Source: Lama glama (Eukaryota). From it: DNA of 64,000 nucleotides. A program made the translations under genes and the position numbers. Below the pieces are notes generated by a model. The model had not been told where the DNA came from, made no database searches, and saw only the letters and a program-made list of their open reading frames with translations. Positions within the stretch are counted from its first letter, which is position 1, and each line of letters opens with the position of its first letter. The stretch covers positions 11,968,001-12,032,000 of the forward strand of contig CM052816.1 of assembly GCA_028534125.1 (NCBI GenBank), in the 5' to 3' direction. This document shows, one piece after another, positions 52,471-64,000 of the stretch.

Positions 52471-53879
52471 AAGAAACTGCTCGGAGCTTTCCAACTGAAG
52501 TCTATATTCTAGACATTTCACAAGCTCTGCTGGACAGCCCAGCCTCTGACCCAGTCTTGGTAAGAGTTCAGCAGCCCACAGATTCTAATTCTCTCATGAA
52601 AGTACACAGAGAGGAGGGGTCCTCCGTGGTGCCGCTGGCCGCCCCACACGGCCTTGCTCCACGGGAGGCCCTCTGAGAGGTCGTCTGTTTACGCTCTGCT
52701 AGGGGCAGCAAGGGGAAGGGAGCAGTGACACTGCTGCCCCAGGGCATCTCACTGGGTTGATGCCCTCCTGTGGAATCCTGTTTATTGATTCTCTCCTAAA
52801 TAAATGGGCCTCTATGTAAATCAAGTCCTAAGAAATAGCTTGTAAAACACATGCACTCATTTCTTGAGGGGAAAAATAAGTCACTAAATTTATGTCAAAA
52901 TTTCCACTGTATCTGAATATATTTAGCTGCTATCTTTTGATGTTCTGATCTCATAAATTTAAAAGCAGCACTTGGATCCTAGCTAGGAAGACAGGCAGCA
53001 GGAACTAGGTCTATGTCTCCTTCCTTTAGCCTTCTCCTCTCTAAGTAGTCTGTCCTTGATGAAATGTGAGATCAGCCTGGAGAGTTTTAAGAATTTCAGT
53101 GTAATACTGACTCTACGTTCTCCATACAGGTGTTTAAAGTACACCTTTTTAATACTTTCCTCAAGTATAAACCAAACCTGCTTTCACCTATGAGATGAAA
53201 TTGCTTTTGTACTTTTTCAAAGACAGGGCAACTTTGAAAACACTGATATATTCCGTTGCTGTATTTCAAGCATTTCCACACTTCAGGTTATTGATTTAGA
53301 AAAACATTAGTAAATTGGGCATTTCAACAAATTGAGGATTCAGAAGGGGCTGTAAGCAGGCGTGAGGGTCATTTTCACAAACTGTATATTCTAGGAAGTC
53401 CATACAAAACATAGTAGAAGAGTCATTGCTCAGCCCAGTCTACTTCAGCAAGGCAGTATAGACTATGTTAGGTGCATACTAACGGCTAGGACAGTTTTAA
53501 AACTTCTTCCAGTTTAATTTTTTCCCCTAGAAAAACACTTTTTTCCAAGTGAAGGCTAATGTAAAAGTATAGTAGTGCAGGCAGAAGGACCTAGGACCCT
53601 TCCCCTCACCTCCTGCCCTCATAGTCAGCCACCCTTTGCCTCCACCGATTTACAGGATACAAGAATTCTGAGGGACACAATGTTAGTAAGTGTCAGGGAC
53701 ACACAACTATTAGAGGACTTTTGTTTCTGGCCCTTTGATGGATTGGCGATTCTAAATAATGTTGCAACTGAAAACAACTAAAATTTCTGGATAAAATATT
53801 TTAAAACTCATCTTTAAAATATCCACCACTGATGTGGCAAAAATACAAAGTATCTGTAATCTGCAGACACACATGCACA

Positions 53880-54035
53880 CAAAAAAAGAAGGAAAAAAGC
53901 AGCAAAGAAGGAAGGCAAGGAGGGAAGGGAAGGGAAGGAAGGAAGAAAAAGAGGGAGGGAAGGAGGGAGGGAGCAAAGGAAGGAAGGAAGGAAAGGAGGA
54001 AGAGGAGCGAGGGAGGGAGGGAGGGAGGGAGGAAG
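53880..54035. repeat. Polypurine (GGAA/GGGA)n low-complexity tract
   Basis: About 150 bp almost purely A/G on the + strand. Confidence 0.9.
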
Positions 54036-55594
54036 ACATCCTGAAAAGTAGGCTAGCACTTAAAGTGAATTTCACCTTGAGATGAACCTCACTGACTCTT
54101 TAGGATTCTGTTTTAAAAGCCTGCAGGATATAAGAGAATGGAAATAAGGGAGAGGGCCAGCCTAAAGTGAAAATGTATAGGAAACCCCAGTATCAATCTG
54201 TAGATCCAAGGGGCTACTCTTTCAGAGTAAGGGTTTGTGATAAATATACTCACTACCTAGAAGGAGACAACATGGAACCCTGTCTCATTTGACCTTGGCA
54301 CTGGCTGAATGGGGAAAAAGTGACTTTGAGAATTAACAAAGCAACCAACTGTTCTCACTTAGAGGTTTTGCATCCTAATTCCTTTTACCTCCTATAACTT
54401 AAATCATCTTAAGCAGGTAATTCCAAGTAAGTAATAACTGGAAGTAACTAACAGAATCAAATATAATACTCTGGAAAAATCCAACGTTAGCCTGTTTCAA
54501 AGAATTACTGCAGAGGACCTCCCAAGAACTGTGACCTCACAGTCAAAAATCCTACACCATATAAGCAAACAAGGCACCATGAGTGACAGCCAAAGAAACA
54601 ACAGAGAGCACAATCCTATAATAAGTAAAATTATCAAATACAGAATAAAAAATGAGTGTGTTCAATGTGTTTCAAGATACAACAGAAGGACTGACATCAT
54701 AAATAATAGAAAAAAGAGACCATAAAGCAACCAGTCAGTGGAAAAGAAACAAACAGAGCTTCATGTAAGAAAAAAATATATAATAATTGAAGTAAAAAAG
54801 TAACTGAAGGGTGGAAAAAACTGGGAACAGTTAATAACCCAAGTGATGATGACATACATGTTCAGAATTATTGAAAAGCATCAAACTGTAAGTCCACAAA
54901 ACCCATGATAAACCCAAATAAAATAAATAAAAAGAAATTCATATGAGCAATATATATATTTATACATATATGTGAATGTATCTCTATATCTACTTACCTA
55001 CCTACCTACCTACTTATCATCAATCTATGAAGTTGTAAAACACAAGGGCAAAGAGAAGATTTTCAAAGAAGCCACAGAAGAAACAGAGATCACCTACAAA
55101 AGAATGGCAATTAGCCTGACAGCTGAATTATCAACAACACACACTGGACGCCAGAAGACATTGGAGTAATACCTTCAATGTGCTAAGACAAAAATAACTT
55201 CAAAGGACTAGGACAAAATAAAGGCATTCAGGTTTTTTAAAAAATTCTAAGAGTTTACTTCACTGAAAAAAAAGTACTTAAAGGACATATTTTGGATGGA
55301 AGAAAACTGATCTCAAATAGAAAGTCTGATATAAGAGGGAGCTATGACATTATTACCATGTAAAGAAATCTAAACAACTATTACACAAGTGTTTTAGGGA
55401 TACAAATAAAACAAGAGTAAACTTAAATGTGGGAAGAAACATGCAAATTGAGAGTAATAATGAATTAAATAAAACATGTGAAAGTATATCTATTGTTTAC
55501 AATGACACCAAAGGCACTGGTTCCTTTTTGGCTTCATTTAATTAAGTGAGCATGCTGAAACAGTCTTAGAAGGAATAACCCCCACGCGTCTATT

Positions 55595-55897
55595 CTTCAG
55601 TTACGCTAGATGAATGAGTTCTGGAGATCTACCCTACAACACAGTGCCTATACTTAATGATACGGCATTGTGCACTTCAAAATTTGTTAAGGGGCAGAGC
55701 TCATGTAAAGTGTTCTTACCACAAATAAGAACAAGCCAAAAAACCCCAAAGGGCCACAAGGAGACTCTGGGAGGTGTCTATTGCCTTGATTGTGGTGACG
55801 GTATCGCAGGTGTTTGCATGTGCCCAGACTCATCAAACTACACATTACGTGCAGTTCTGTGCGTATCAAATTACATCTCAAGAACGCTGTTTTAGAA
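55595..55897 (+). mobile_element. LINE-1 3'UTR fragment (L1MB-like) inserted in the older L1
   Basis: gatgaatgagttctggagatct...gtgttcttaccaca...ccttgattgtggtgacgg...actcatcaaa. Confidence 0.75.
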
Positions 55898-56639
55898 ATC
55901 CAAACTACTACTCAATTAGGGCGATAGAAATCAAGAAATAAGTGAAAAAGAGTCAAAAAAGATTCCTGAAGATACAGCCAAACTGAAGGTATAATAAATG
56001 GTAAAATCCAAATATAAACATAACACAATTAATTTAAATTAACAAACTCTCCAGTTAAAATATGAAAATTGTTGGAATGGGTTGAATACAAAACATAAGC
56101 AGAACTATGTGTGCTCTACCAGAGAGAAAACTTAACATTTAGGGACACAGGAAGTTGAAAGTAAAAGTAACAGGCCAGTAAGAGCCAAAATTGGAACAGT
56201 GTATTTATGTAAATACCGTAAGCTTTAAGGCAAAAATATCATTAAAAATAAATAATACAGAGAAGCAAATGGTAAAATATTCAATATATTAGGGAAATAA
56301 AAAATTCCAAATGTGTGTACTATACCTTCAAAAACTAGAAAGCGAATATTGACAGAACCTTAAGTAGAATTAACTATCTGAATTTCACATAGAACATTTT
56401 TTAACAACTCTCTAAGATACTGGTATAGCAGACAAGTCACACCACACTTCAGAAGAATTGGTATCATTCAGACTGTTATGAGCATAGCTTGATATAGTTA
56501 GAGAACAAAAACAATACAGTTAGAAGAGAATTCTAAACAATAGCTGGGACAAAGAGGAAATCTAGGTGGACAAAAATGAAACAGTAAGATAAAGAAAATT
56601 GGAAGAGCACATTTAACCTCCTAATGGCCACGCAAGAAC

Positions 56640-57172
56640 ATCCTTACAGTCTCCAAAGATGACTGTGAAATGGACCACACCTCTGGGTGCTCATATGCTG
56701 GGTAGTCCTACAGACACCGAATTTGGGAACACCTTGTGTGACCAGTACGGTGGGATGCTATGTGACTCCCTTGCAGCTTCCAGCTTCCACCTTGGTCGAC
56801 AGGAATGTATGTTCTAGGGCAAACCAGCAGCCCCCATGTAAGAAGTCCAGTTACCTGGGGACCACCATACCGTAAAGAATCCTAAGCTAGTCACGTGGAG
56901 TGAACACCAGGATAGAGGTGCCCATCCAGTCCCCAGATATTTCAGTTCTTCCAACTGAGATGCCAGAAATATGGCTGAAGATGCTCTCTTGGATTTCTGC
57001 CTCTCTCATGCCTTAAGATATTTCCAGTACCAGACCCCATCTCCCTGAAACTGCATATTAGTGTCTAATCTCTGGTCTAAGTCAAGTTGTAAAACTGTGA
57101 GAGATAAAAAAATTATTATTTCAGCGACCAAATTTGGGGAGATTTTATTATTCAGTAAGAAATAACTGAAAT
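56640..57172 (+). mobile_element. MLT1 (F/G/H-like) MaLR solo LTR
   Basis: ccaaagatgac...gcagcttcc...ccatgtaagaagtccagttacctggggaccaccat...aaatttggggagatt...aataactgaaata. Confidence 0.7.
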
Positions 57173-57519
57173 AATCCTATAACTGGAGATGAAACAGTCT
57201 TTACCAACCTAAGAGCAAGCATCACTACACTATACACAGTTGGTATCATTCAGATAATGGTTTTTGAATGTATAACAACATAATTAGAAAAATACTAACA
57301 ATAAATAATCCATTTAGGAAAAAAAGTGGTTTGAGATATTGTTCTATGTCTGGAACAAAGAGGAAATCAGAGTAGAAATTTAAAAATATTTATTACTTAG
57401 TCATAAATAAAATACAAATTTAAGCGGCACAGTTTGTGGGTACTGACATACAGGTGGAGGTGATTTTACTGCCTTAAATTTTTAAAAGAGAAGAAAGGGT
57501 GACTATTAATGAATTAAAT

Positions 57520-58100
57520 AAACCAGGGTCCAGTTAGGAGACAGAAACCACACCAGAAATTTGAAGAGGGAATATTTAATATAAAGAGTTGTTAACTGAG
57601 ATAAAGTGGTGAACTACTGCAGAAAGCAGCCCCCACCCTCAGGGCTGACAGAGCTCAAAATGAGCAAGGAAGATACACAGATGAGAGCCTCTAGGATGAT
57701 AAAATCTAGACCTCTGAGAGAAGGCACAGGTTTTCCAAAAACACACCAGCCATGGTGGCTGCTAAAGGCCACTCTGCAGGACCAGGAAAGCAGCATGCCC
57801 CCGTGGTGAAGAGCATTTCTGGGCGGACAGATGCGCGCGGCACTGACCGCCCTCGCTGGGAAGGCTGCAGCGACCAACCACGCACCAGTCCACCTGCTAC
57901 TGAGGAAAAATAGAAAGAAGCAAGTGCCTTCCTTCTCCTTGCTCCTTCCTTGTGGTTTCCTTCCAGTGCCCCTTATGTCAGAATCTAACATTGAGATAGC
58001 TGGAAAAGGAGAAACTTGATTTGCAAAGTCCAGCTCCAGCATCATGAAACAGGGCAAAAGAAGGGTGATTCCGAACTGAGAGCCAATAAATTCATTTCAG
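57520..58100 (-). mobile_element. LTR41-like ERVL solo LTR
   Basis: agggtccagttaggagacagaaaccacacca...tttaatataaagagttgttaact...ccagtgcccct...gatttgcaaagtccagctccagcatca...gaactgagag. Confidence 0.65.
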
Positions 58101-58819
58101 ATGTACTGAGGATTCACCATAAAAAGAAAATGCAGAATAAGCATAAGGAAACTAAGAGGAAGGAAATATTAAAGAAAAATCATAAATCATAGAAATAAAG
58201 ATAAATAAAATAGAAAGGCTCAATAGATACAATAATTTTTATGTTGACAAAATAAAATTAATAAACCTTTGAATAGACTAATAAGTATTAAAACATGATA
58301 TATCTACAGATAAGGCAAAAGTCAAAAAGTAAGTATATATTGAACAATTTCATGTCAATAAGCTTGAAAATGTAGATGCTACATCATGCATGGATTTCAA
58401 AAACAATGTCATGTAAATAATACAAGAAATCCAAAAACATATACTATTTTACACTTTTACTTGGATCTTGTTTCTTAACAGTAACATCATACTGCCTCTC
58501 CTTCCTCTTTTCCTCTGTTTCATCTTGCCTAACACAGCGCCTGGCAGAAGGAAGAGGAGATACCCACTAAATGCTTGATGAATGAAAGACTGTATGATAT
58601 GGAGCTACTACAGCTGCAGGTTTGTATCAGGTATATTTGCCGTGTAACAGAGTTCCAAAATTTAGTGGGCCAAAGAAAAATCATTTATCATTGAGGTAAT
58701 CTGAAAGGACCTCATGGACTTGGCACTGGATTTGAGATTTTCAGAATGACTTACACTTTGTTAGGCAGAGAAAGAGGAGGAGGACACCCATGCAGAAGAC
58801 TCATGAAATACAGAGCAGT

Positions 58820-58822
58820 GAA

Positions 58823-58863
<41 letters not shown>
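58820..58863. repeat. (GA)n microsatellite
   Basis: Directly visible. Confidence 0.95.
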
Positions 58864-61336
58864 AACACCCTAATACTGTTTGAATGGCAAGATTTTAATA
58901 CCAAATAATTGACTCTAGGCTTCTGAAGAAGAGTGAATAGAGATTAGGTGTCCAGGACCTAGTGCAAGAAAATGTGTGATAAATATCTGTTAAATAAATG
59001 AATAAATAAAACCCTGGAATAAAATAAATTCTATTTGCAGCTTTAAAGGATACACAAATCTAGAAACCATCATTTTAAATGTTTCCCAGTCATCTGGCGA
59101 CTGTGAGCAGCCAGGGGTGTAGTGGCTCTCTGAGACTGTCACTGTGTGACTGGTGCCTTTGCAGCTCTTCCAGCTGCACATGTGAAGTGAGAGGCTAACT
59201 ACATGGGAACCTGCCAGCTTCAGACTGGTTCCAGGCTGTGGGGAGAGGACAAGTGGGACAGGCAAGTAGGGAGAGTATCAAATGAAATGCACCAGGCATG
59301 ACAGAATACAAGCAGCTGTATGTCCTACCATACAACATACATTCTTCTGTGATTGGCGCTGCCCAGTAAACATTAATTTAACCTCACTAATTCCTTGCTG
59401 TAGCGCAAAACCACTGCACATTATTTCCCATATGTTAATTACAAGTCCCAAGTAAGGCACCTTGGACCTTGCAGTATGAGATTCAAGATGTGCCGATTAA
59501 TTTCTGTTCTATGAATGATGATGATAATTGTTTTTTGTAATAGGCTGAAAATGGACAGTCCCAAATGTGGGTGGGGATCATCACCATCACCACTAGCTCT
59601 CACGTCTCTCTCTTTGCCCAAAATAACAAAGATAAAAGTTGAATGTACGTGTATGCATATACAAAAACTTGCCTATTTTATCATGACAATTTAGAAGTTT
59701 TGCTCTCTAAACCAAACTTCAGGTAGCTATATGGCTGTATCTCTCTCTCTCACACACACACACATACCACAGAAGCAAGATACATCTCTTTCCCTGAAGC
59801 CGATAAACTGTGAATTGTGCTTCTGGAGGAGTCAATAATGATAACTGGTAATTAGAGGAAATGGTTGAATCTGAGGAGTGCTAGAATCTGAAAGTTACAC
59901 GGCACGCTCTCCGCGATTCTGCTTCAGCCTCAGCATATACACAAGCAGATACAGTGCCTCCACAAGGAGACAGAGGCACTTTAACTCAGTCCTATAGACT
60001 GTCAGACTGTAAAGCCTCTTGCATCTAAGCGTGTCATTTTCACTCACCTACAAGTGGTTGGTTTCTGTTTTTGCTTTTGGTTGGGGGATCAGAAGGCAAT
60101 TACCAAGGTCAAAATGTTTATCTAATTTTAAACCTTTTATCCAGTACTAATATCACACTTTCGTATTTTCTCACCTCTTCTGTAATGAAGCACTGCTCTG
60201 CATTAGCATGGGGGAAAGCAAGTGTGGCCGTGTGAAGCTACATTCTCAAGATAGCACAGGTCTCTTGGGAAGCAAGAATCATGGTCTCGGTCTTTTGATG
60301 TACAATCCAATGTTCCAAGCATGAGATTTTATTAAGTAGATTTTAGAACACTTCCCTTCTCTTTAGGTTTCCTGTCAGTGTGGTAAGGAGGTCAAAGTTT
60401 CTAAATAAATGCCTTCATTTTTCCATTTCTGCTTATGCTATTACCTAAATCTAGAGAAATTTCTTTTCTGTAGCTCAAGGAAAATCATTACATCCGATTA
60501 AGTTCAAGATGCAACAACGACTTTATCTTTTGCTTTTTAATGAACCCGGAATTCAAACTGCCTCCTTTTTCTTTCTTTCCTATTACCTTACAGACCTGCG
60601 AGGGCAGTAAGTGGGAAAATGCTGTATTCAGAATTTAGGAGGTTTGCCTGCAATAACTTTACTCTGCACCAGCCAAGAACACAAGACTCTAGGGATTTGG
60701 CTCCAAAAGCAGAAGTAATTCTAGTCAAGATTATATAACCAGGGGCTGAAGGATCATAATTGGCAATTTATGGAGAAAAGCCTTATTTGCTGATTTCATC
60801 TTTTTTTTTTTTAAATCTTAATTACTATTTTCTGGATGTGCTTCTTCCAAATTTCCATGGCTGACTTTTTTTTCCTTTAAAAAAAAATTTCTAAGCTTTG
60901 AGGAATGTACTAATAGGACTCTGAAACCCAGCATGCTTTTTTCCAAAATGTTGGTATCTAGTGTTCAGATGATTATCACTATGGATTACCTACCATATGT
61001 AAACATCTCCATAAGGCACAAAACCCTGAAAATTTCAGTAAGTATTTATAGGCAGCTTTATATTCATATGGCAACATTCAACATATTTTAAAAACTGAAT
61101 AGAGACTGCACTTCCAGCTATAGCAATGCCACTTAAACTGAGACTTAAAAGGTGAAAAGGGTCTAGTTAAATACGCTCCTTTAACACAGGGATGAAAGCG
61201 TCTTTCAGAATTCCTTCTGATGTCACTCCTCCAGAGAAAGCTGCCCTTGATTCTCTCAATCCAAATAATGCTTCCTGCTAAAAGTTTGCTTCAACATCTT
61301 ACTCCATTTTCTTACCATTTACCATACTTTGGCTCT

Positions 61337-61618
61337 TCATATGTGAAAATACTCTTGATATCGTAACGACAGATGCATGTCATTGTATGTTTGTCCCAAC
61401 CCACCAGATGTACAAGAGCGAACCCCCATGGAAACTATATACTTTGGGCGATTATCATCATAACAAATGGACTGCTCTGGTGGGGGACGCTGAAAATCGG
61501 GGAAGCTGTGCATGTGCGGAGGCAGAGGGTACACGAAAAATCCTGGTATCCTCTCCTAAGTGTGGCTGTAAACCTTAAATGGCTCTAAAGATGTCTTAAT
61601 TACAAAACAAACAAAAAA
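61337..61618 (+). mobile_element. LINE-1 3' end (L1MC1-like) with A-rich tail
   Basis: catgtcattgtatgtttgtcccaaccc...taacaaatggactgctctggtggggga...gctgtaaaccttaaatggctctaaa...aaaacaaacaaaaaa. Confidence 0.8.
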
Positions 61619-62188
61619 GGATCCGTGTCCGGAAGTCAGACAGACCATGGTTTGAATCTTCACTTTGTTCTGTGACATCAACTACATGAGTCACTAAAAA
61701 TAGTGTCTGACAAACAATGATCTTGAAATCGACATAGTCATTATTATTACCATTTAATTATACTGCTAGTTGGTCTCTGAAACCAAGCTTCAAGTCAAAT
61801 GACTCTGACACACATTAAAGTATAATGCCCCAAGTGAGCTCCAAGAGACAGGTCAGCTCTACTGCGTCCACTGGAAACTACACTTCACACAGCCTGTCTT
61901 TGCTCCTCCAGTGACACACTTCTGCTTGGAGTTCTCAACAGCGGGAAACCAAATGAACACAAACTGCTACTTGTATTTGTGTCCCAGGATTAAGACCTTG
62001 GTCTTAACAGCTAGAATAAGACTCTCTAGGAACCTACATGGAACCCAGCCTTCTGTCATATAACAATGATAGGAGGAGCTTAGGGTTGGTTTTCAGGCAG
62101 TAATTCAGAAAAATTCCTGTTTTGTTCAATGGGAAGTTTCCTGGCCCAGGACAGAAGATGTTCATATTGCACTCCTAGCTAGACTGTT

Positions 62189-62319
62189 TAGTTAATTATT
62201 TTATTTTGGTAGGGGGGAGGTAATTAGGTTTGTTTATTTTTAGTGGAGGTACCGGGGATTGAACCCAGGACTTGGTGCATGCTAAGCACGCACTCTACCT
62301 CTTGAGCTATACCCTCCCC
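62189..62319 (-). mobile_element. Vic-1-type camelid tRNA-Ala-derived SINE with target-site duplication
   Basis: Minus strand ggggagggtatagctcaagaggtagagtgcgtgcttagcatgcaccaagtcctgggttcaatccccggtacctcca (A and B boxes), then aaacctaattacctccccc and an A-rich tail. Perfect 13-bp TSD tagctagactgtt at 62176-62188 and 62320-62332. Confidence 0.88.
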
Positions 62320-62429
62320 TAGCTAGACTGTTAATACTGCCATAAACTTGAGCAAGTTACTTCCATATCCCCATGGTACTTTGCTCATATGAAATGGTAC
62401 TCTCTCTCCTCATGTTGCAGATGCCTTTG

Positions 62430-62960
62430 ACTGTAAGAGTTAACTGTTCATTGTAAACAAACAGGAAAATTTAGAGAAGTATGAAGAAGAAACATAACCA
62501 CCAAAATCAGTCTTCCAAACATACACACAATTAAGATTTTGTTGTAAATTCATTTTTAAGTAATTTATCATGTGCCTACCATGTGCCACTGTGATTTTAA
62601 CTTTGTTATACAAGTGTGTATATTTACATATATAAATTAAAATTATAAAATTGATATTATGATGTTTAATTTCATGTCCTCTCCTTTTCATTTAAGCTAG
62701 AGCCTCAAAGGACTGGCCTCTGAAAATATCTTTTTTATGGGGTGCATAACAGTGTATCATTTAGGTGGCTATACAATAATTAAGTAAGTAATTTATCATT
62801 CACCTCCTGATAGCAACTAGGTTGAGGCTTATATTTCTCTTCATTCATATAGTTTCAGTCTCTGAATATTTCCCTAGGATAGTTCTGCAAAAGTTAGCTG
62901 ATTGTAAAACTGGATTGGATATTTCTAAGGTTTCTGATAGGTTTTCAAGCATGAGTATGC
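62430..62960 (-). mobile_element. Very old LINE-1 (L1ME-like) 3' fragments
   Basis: ttcattgtaaacaaacaggaaaatttagagaagtatgaagaagaaa; ttttatggggtgcataacagtgtatcat. Confidence 0.45.
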
Positions 62961-63925
62961 CATTCTCATAACTCTCTCTTTTAATATCTACACACAGAAC
63001 ATTAGGACAAAGTTAGAAATGGCCAGGCAGAGGAAAACAGCAGGGCCCAGGCTTCTCACTCCTGGAGTGCATTTGGGCACCTTGTGGGCTAAGACTGACA
63101 CCTGAGCTTGAGGAGTGCCAAGGATTCCCTCTGGTGTCTTGAGGTTCTCTCACTTTACAAGCATCCAGTTTCAAGGCTCTTGCTCAAAAGTGACATTCTA
63201 CCAATGTTGTTGATGGGTGCCTGACTGCACAGAGCTCATGGTGATACAGGTAAACACCAAACAAGCAAAAACAAAACATAACAAAAAACACAGAGTAGGG
63301 TTTTGTTCTATATTAGCCAGATCTTCTCTGTGGCTGAATACAACTAATGTATGTCTATTGAAAATACAACATTTGGGTTGGCATGAAAATCTATGCCAGG
63401 AAATGCCCCCAAGAGAACGAAACATGTATCTGGCGATAATGGATGTTATTACTGGAAGCAACGTTTGTCTCCTTTTTTATCCCTGACTTTCATTCAACCG
63501 TAGTAAATTTTAATATGTGTGTCAGGTTTCCTACAATTTATATAAAATGAAATTCTTTGGGGAAGGTAACACCCAAGTGTCCATATGATTTCATGCTGCA
63601 GTCTCAGCTTAGATCTAAAGCTAATGTCAGTTTCTCATTCCTTCTCCTGGGGAGATGTCAACAGAAAATGAATGTTTCTCTGTGACTGGTATTTTTGATG
63701 GACCTGGCTATGCTTCTGCTCTCAGAAATCACCCCTTTCCGTGATCACAAGAAAAATAGGCCCATCTTTCAAGACAGAAATAATTTTTGCTTCACTAAAC
63801 ACAGTTTCTTACATTTGTTTTTAGGTTTAAAATCTGTTAGTTAATCTTTGTGTCATATCTTTTTATGAAAAATGTTTAATGTATGCTGGTTACCAAAACA
63901 GGCCCTTAGGCCTAATGGAATATGA

Positions 63926-64000
63926 TTTTTTTTTTAATTGAAATATACCAGTTACAATCTGTCAGTTTCTGGTGTACAGCATAATGTCCCTGCCATACAA
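63926..64000 (-). mobile_element. LINE-1 3' terminus with poly(A) (element continues right of the window)
   Basis: T-run followed by aattgaaatatacc...tttctggtgtacagcataatgt; homologous to 46222-46300. Confidence 0.75.

Larger units (their letters stand above)
53710..58400 (+). mobile_element. Ancient LINE-1 (L1ME/L1M4-like) 5' end, ORF1 and ORF2 remnants, interrupted by younger insertions
   Basis: 5'-type start ggacttttgtttctggcc...ctgaaaacaactaaaatttctggataaaata; ORF1 remnant EKIFKEA...ITYKRMAISLTAELST; degraded EN/ORF2 sequence from ~56000. Confidence 0.65.

Noticed and set aside
53752..54085. Several overlapping ORFs rich in P/S/F or G/R/E/K
   Set aside because: Translations of the polypurine simple repeat.
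57614..58057. 147-aa minus-strand ORF with a CpG-rich core
   Set aside because: It lies entirely within an LTR41-like solo LTR, and I recognise no protein similarity.
59953..60001. Hairpins agtgcctc...gaggcact and cagtc...gactg
   Set aside because: Stems of 8 bp or less are expected by chance many times in 64 kb.
61990..62007. Inverted repeat ttaagacc-tt-ggtcttaa
   Set aside because: Short and isolated, compatible with chance.
62244..62319. tRNA-Ala(AGC) gene
   Set aside because: It has a SINE tail, an A-rich end and a TSD, plus stem mismatches, so it is a tRNA-derived SINE.

Overview
Mammalian non-coding DNA (intergenic or a large intron). It is probably camelid, because it carries a Vic-1-type tRNA-Ala-derived SINE and I saw no Alu, B1/B2, Bov-A/BovB, PRE-1 or Can-SINE. 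No intact host gene or convincing coding exon was found. Most of the window is interspersed repeat: L1 of several ages, L2, MIR, MLT1/LTR16/LTR33/LTR41-type LTRs, hAT MITEs and a 1.9-kb Tigger2. There is one 500-N gap at 21281-21780. The most informative structure is a same-strand composite at 28.7-38.2 kb: right-truncated Tigger2, then a 5'-truncated NDC80 processed pseudogene with AATAAA and poly(A), then a ~7-kb nearly full-length L1. Other oddities are a doubly deleted half-L1-like element carrying a 28-bp copy of its own 3'UTR inside ORF1, a rearranged nested L1 at the window start, patches of apparent AT->GC-biased substitution in old repeats, and a candidate CRE/homeobox enhancer. Repeat names and the NDC80 call rest on recalled consensus/protein sequences, not on searches. 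Most repeat boundaries are approximate (tens of bp). I see no evidence of a new multi-gene biological system.
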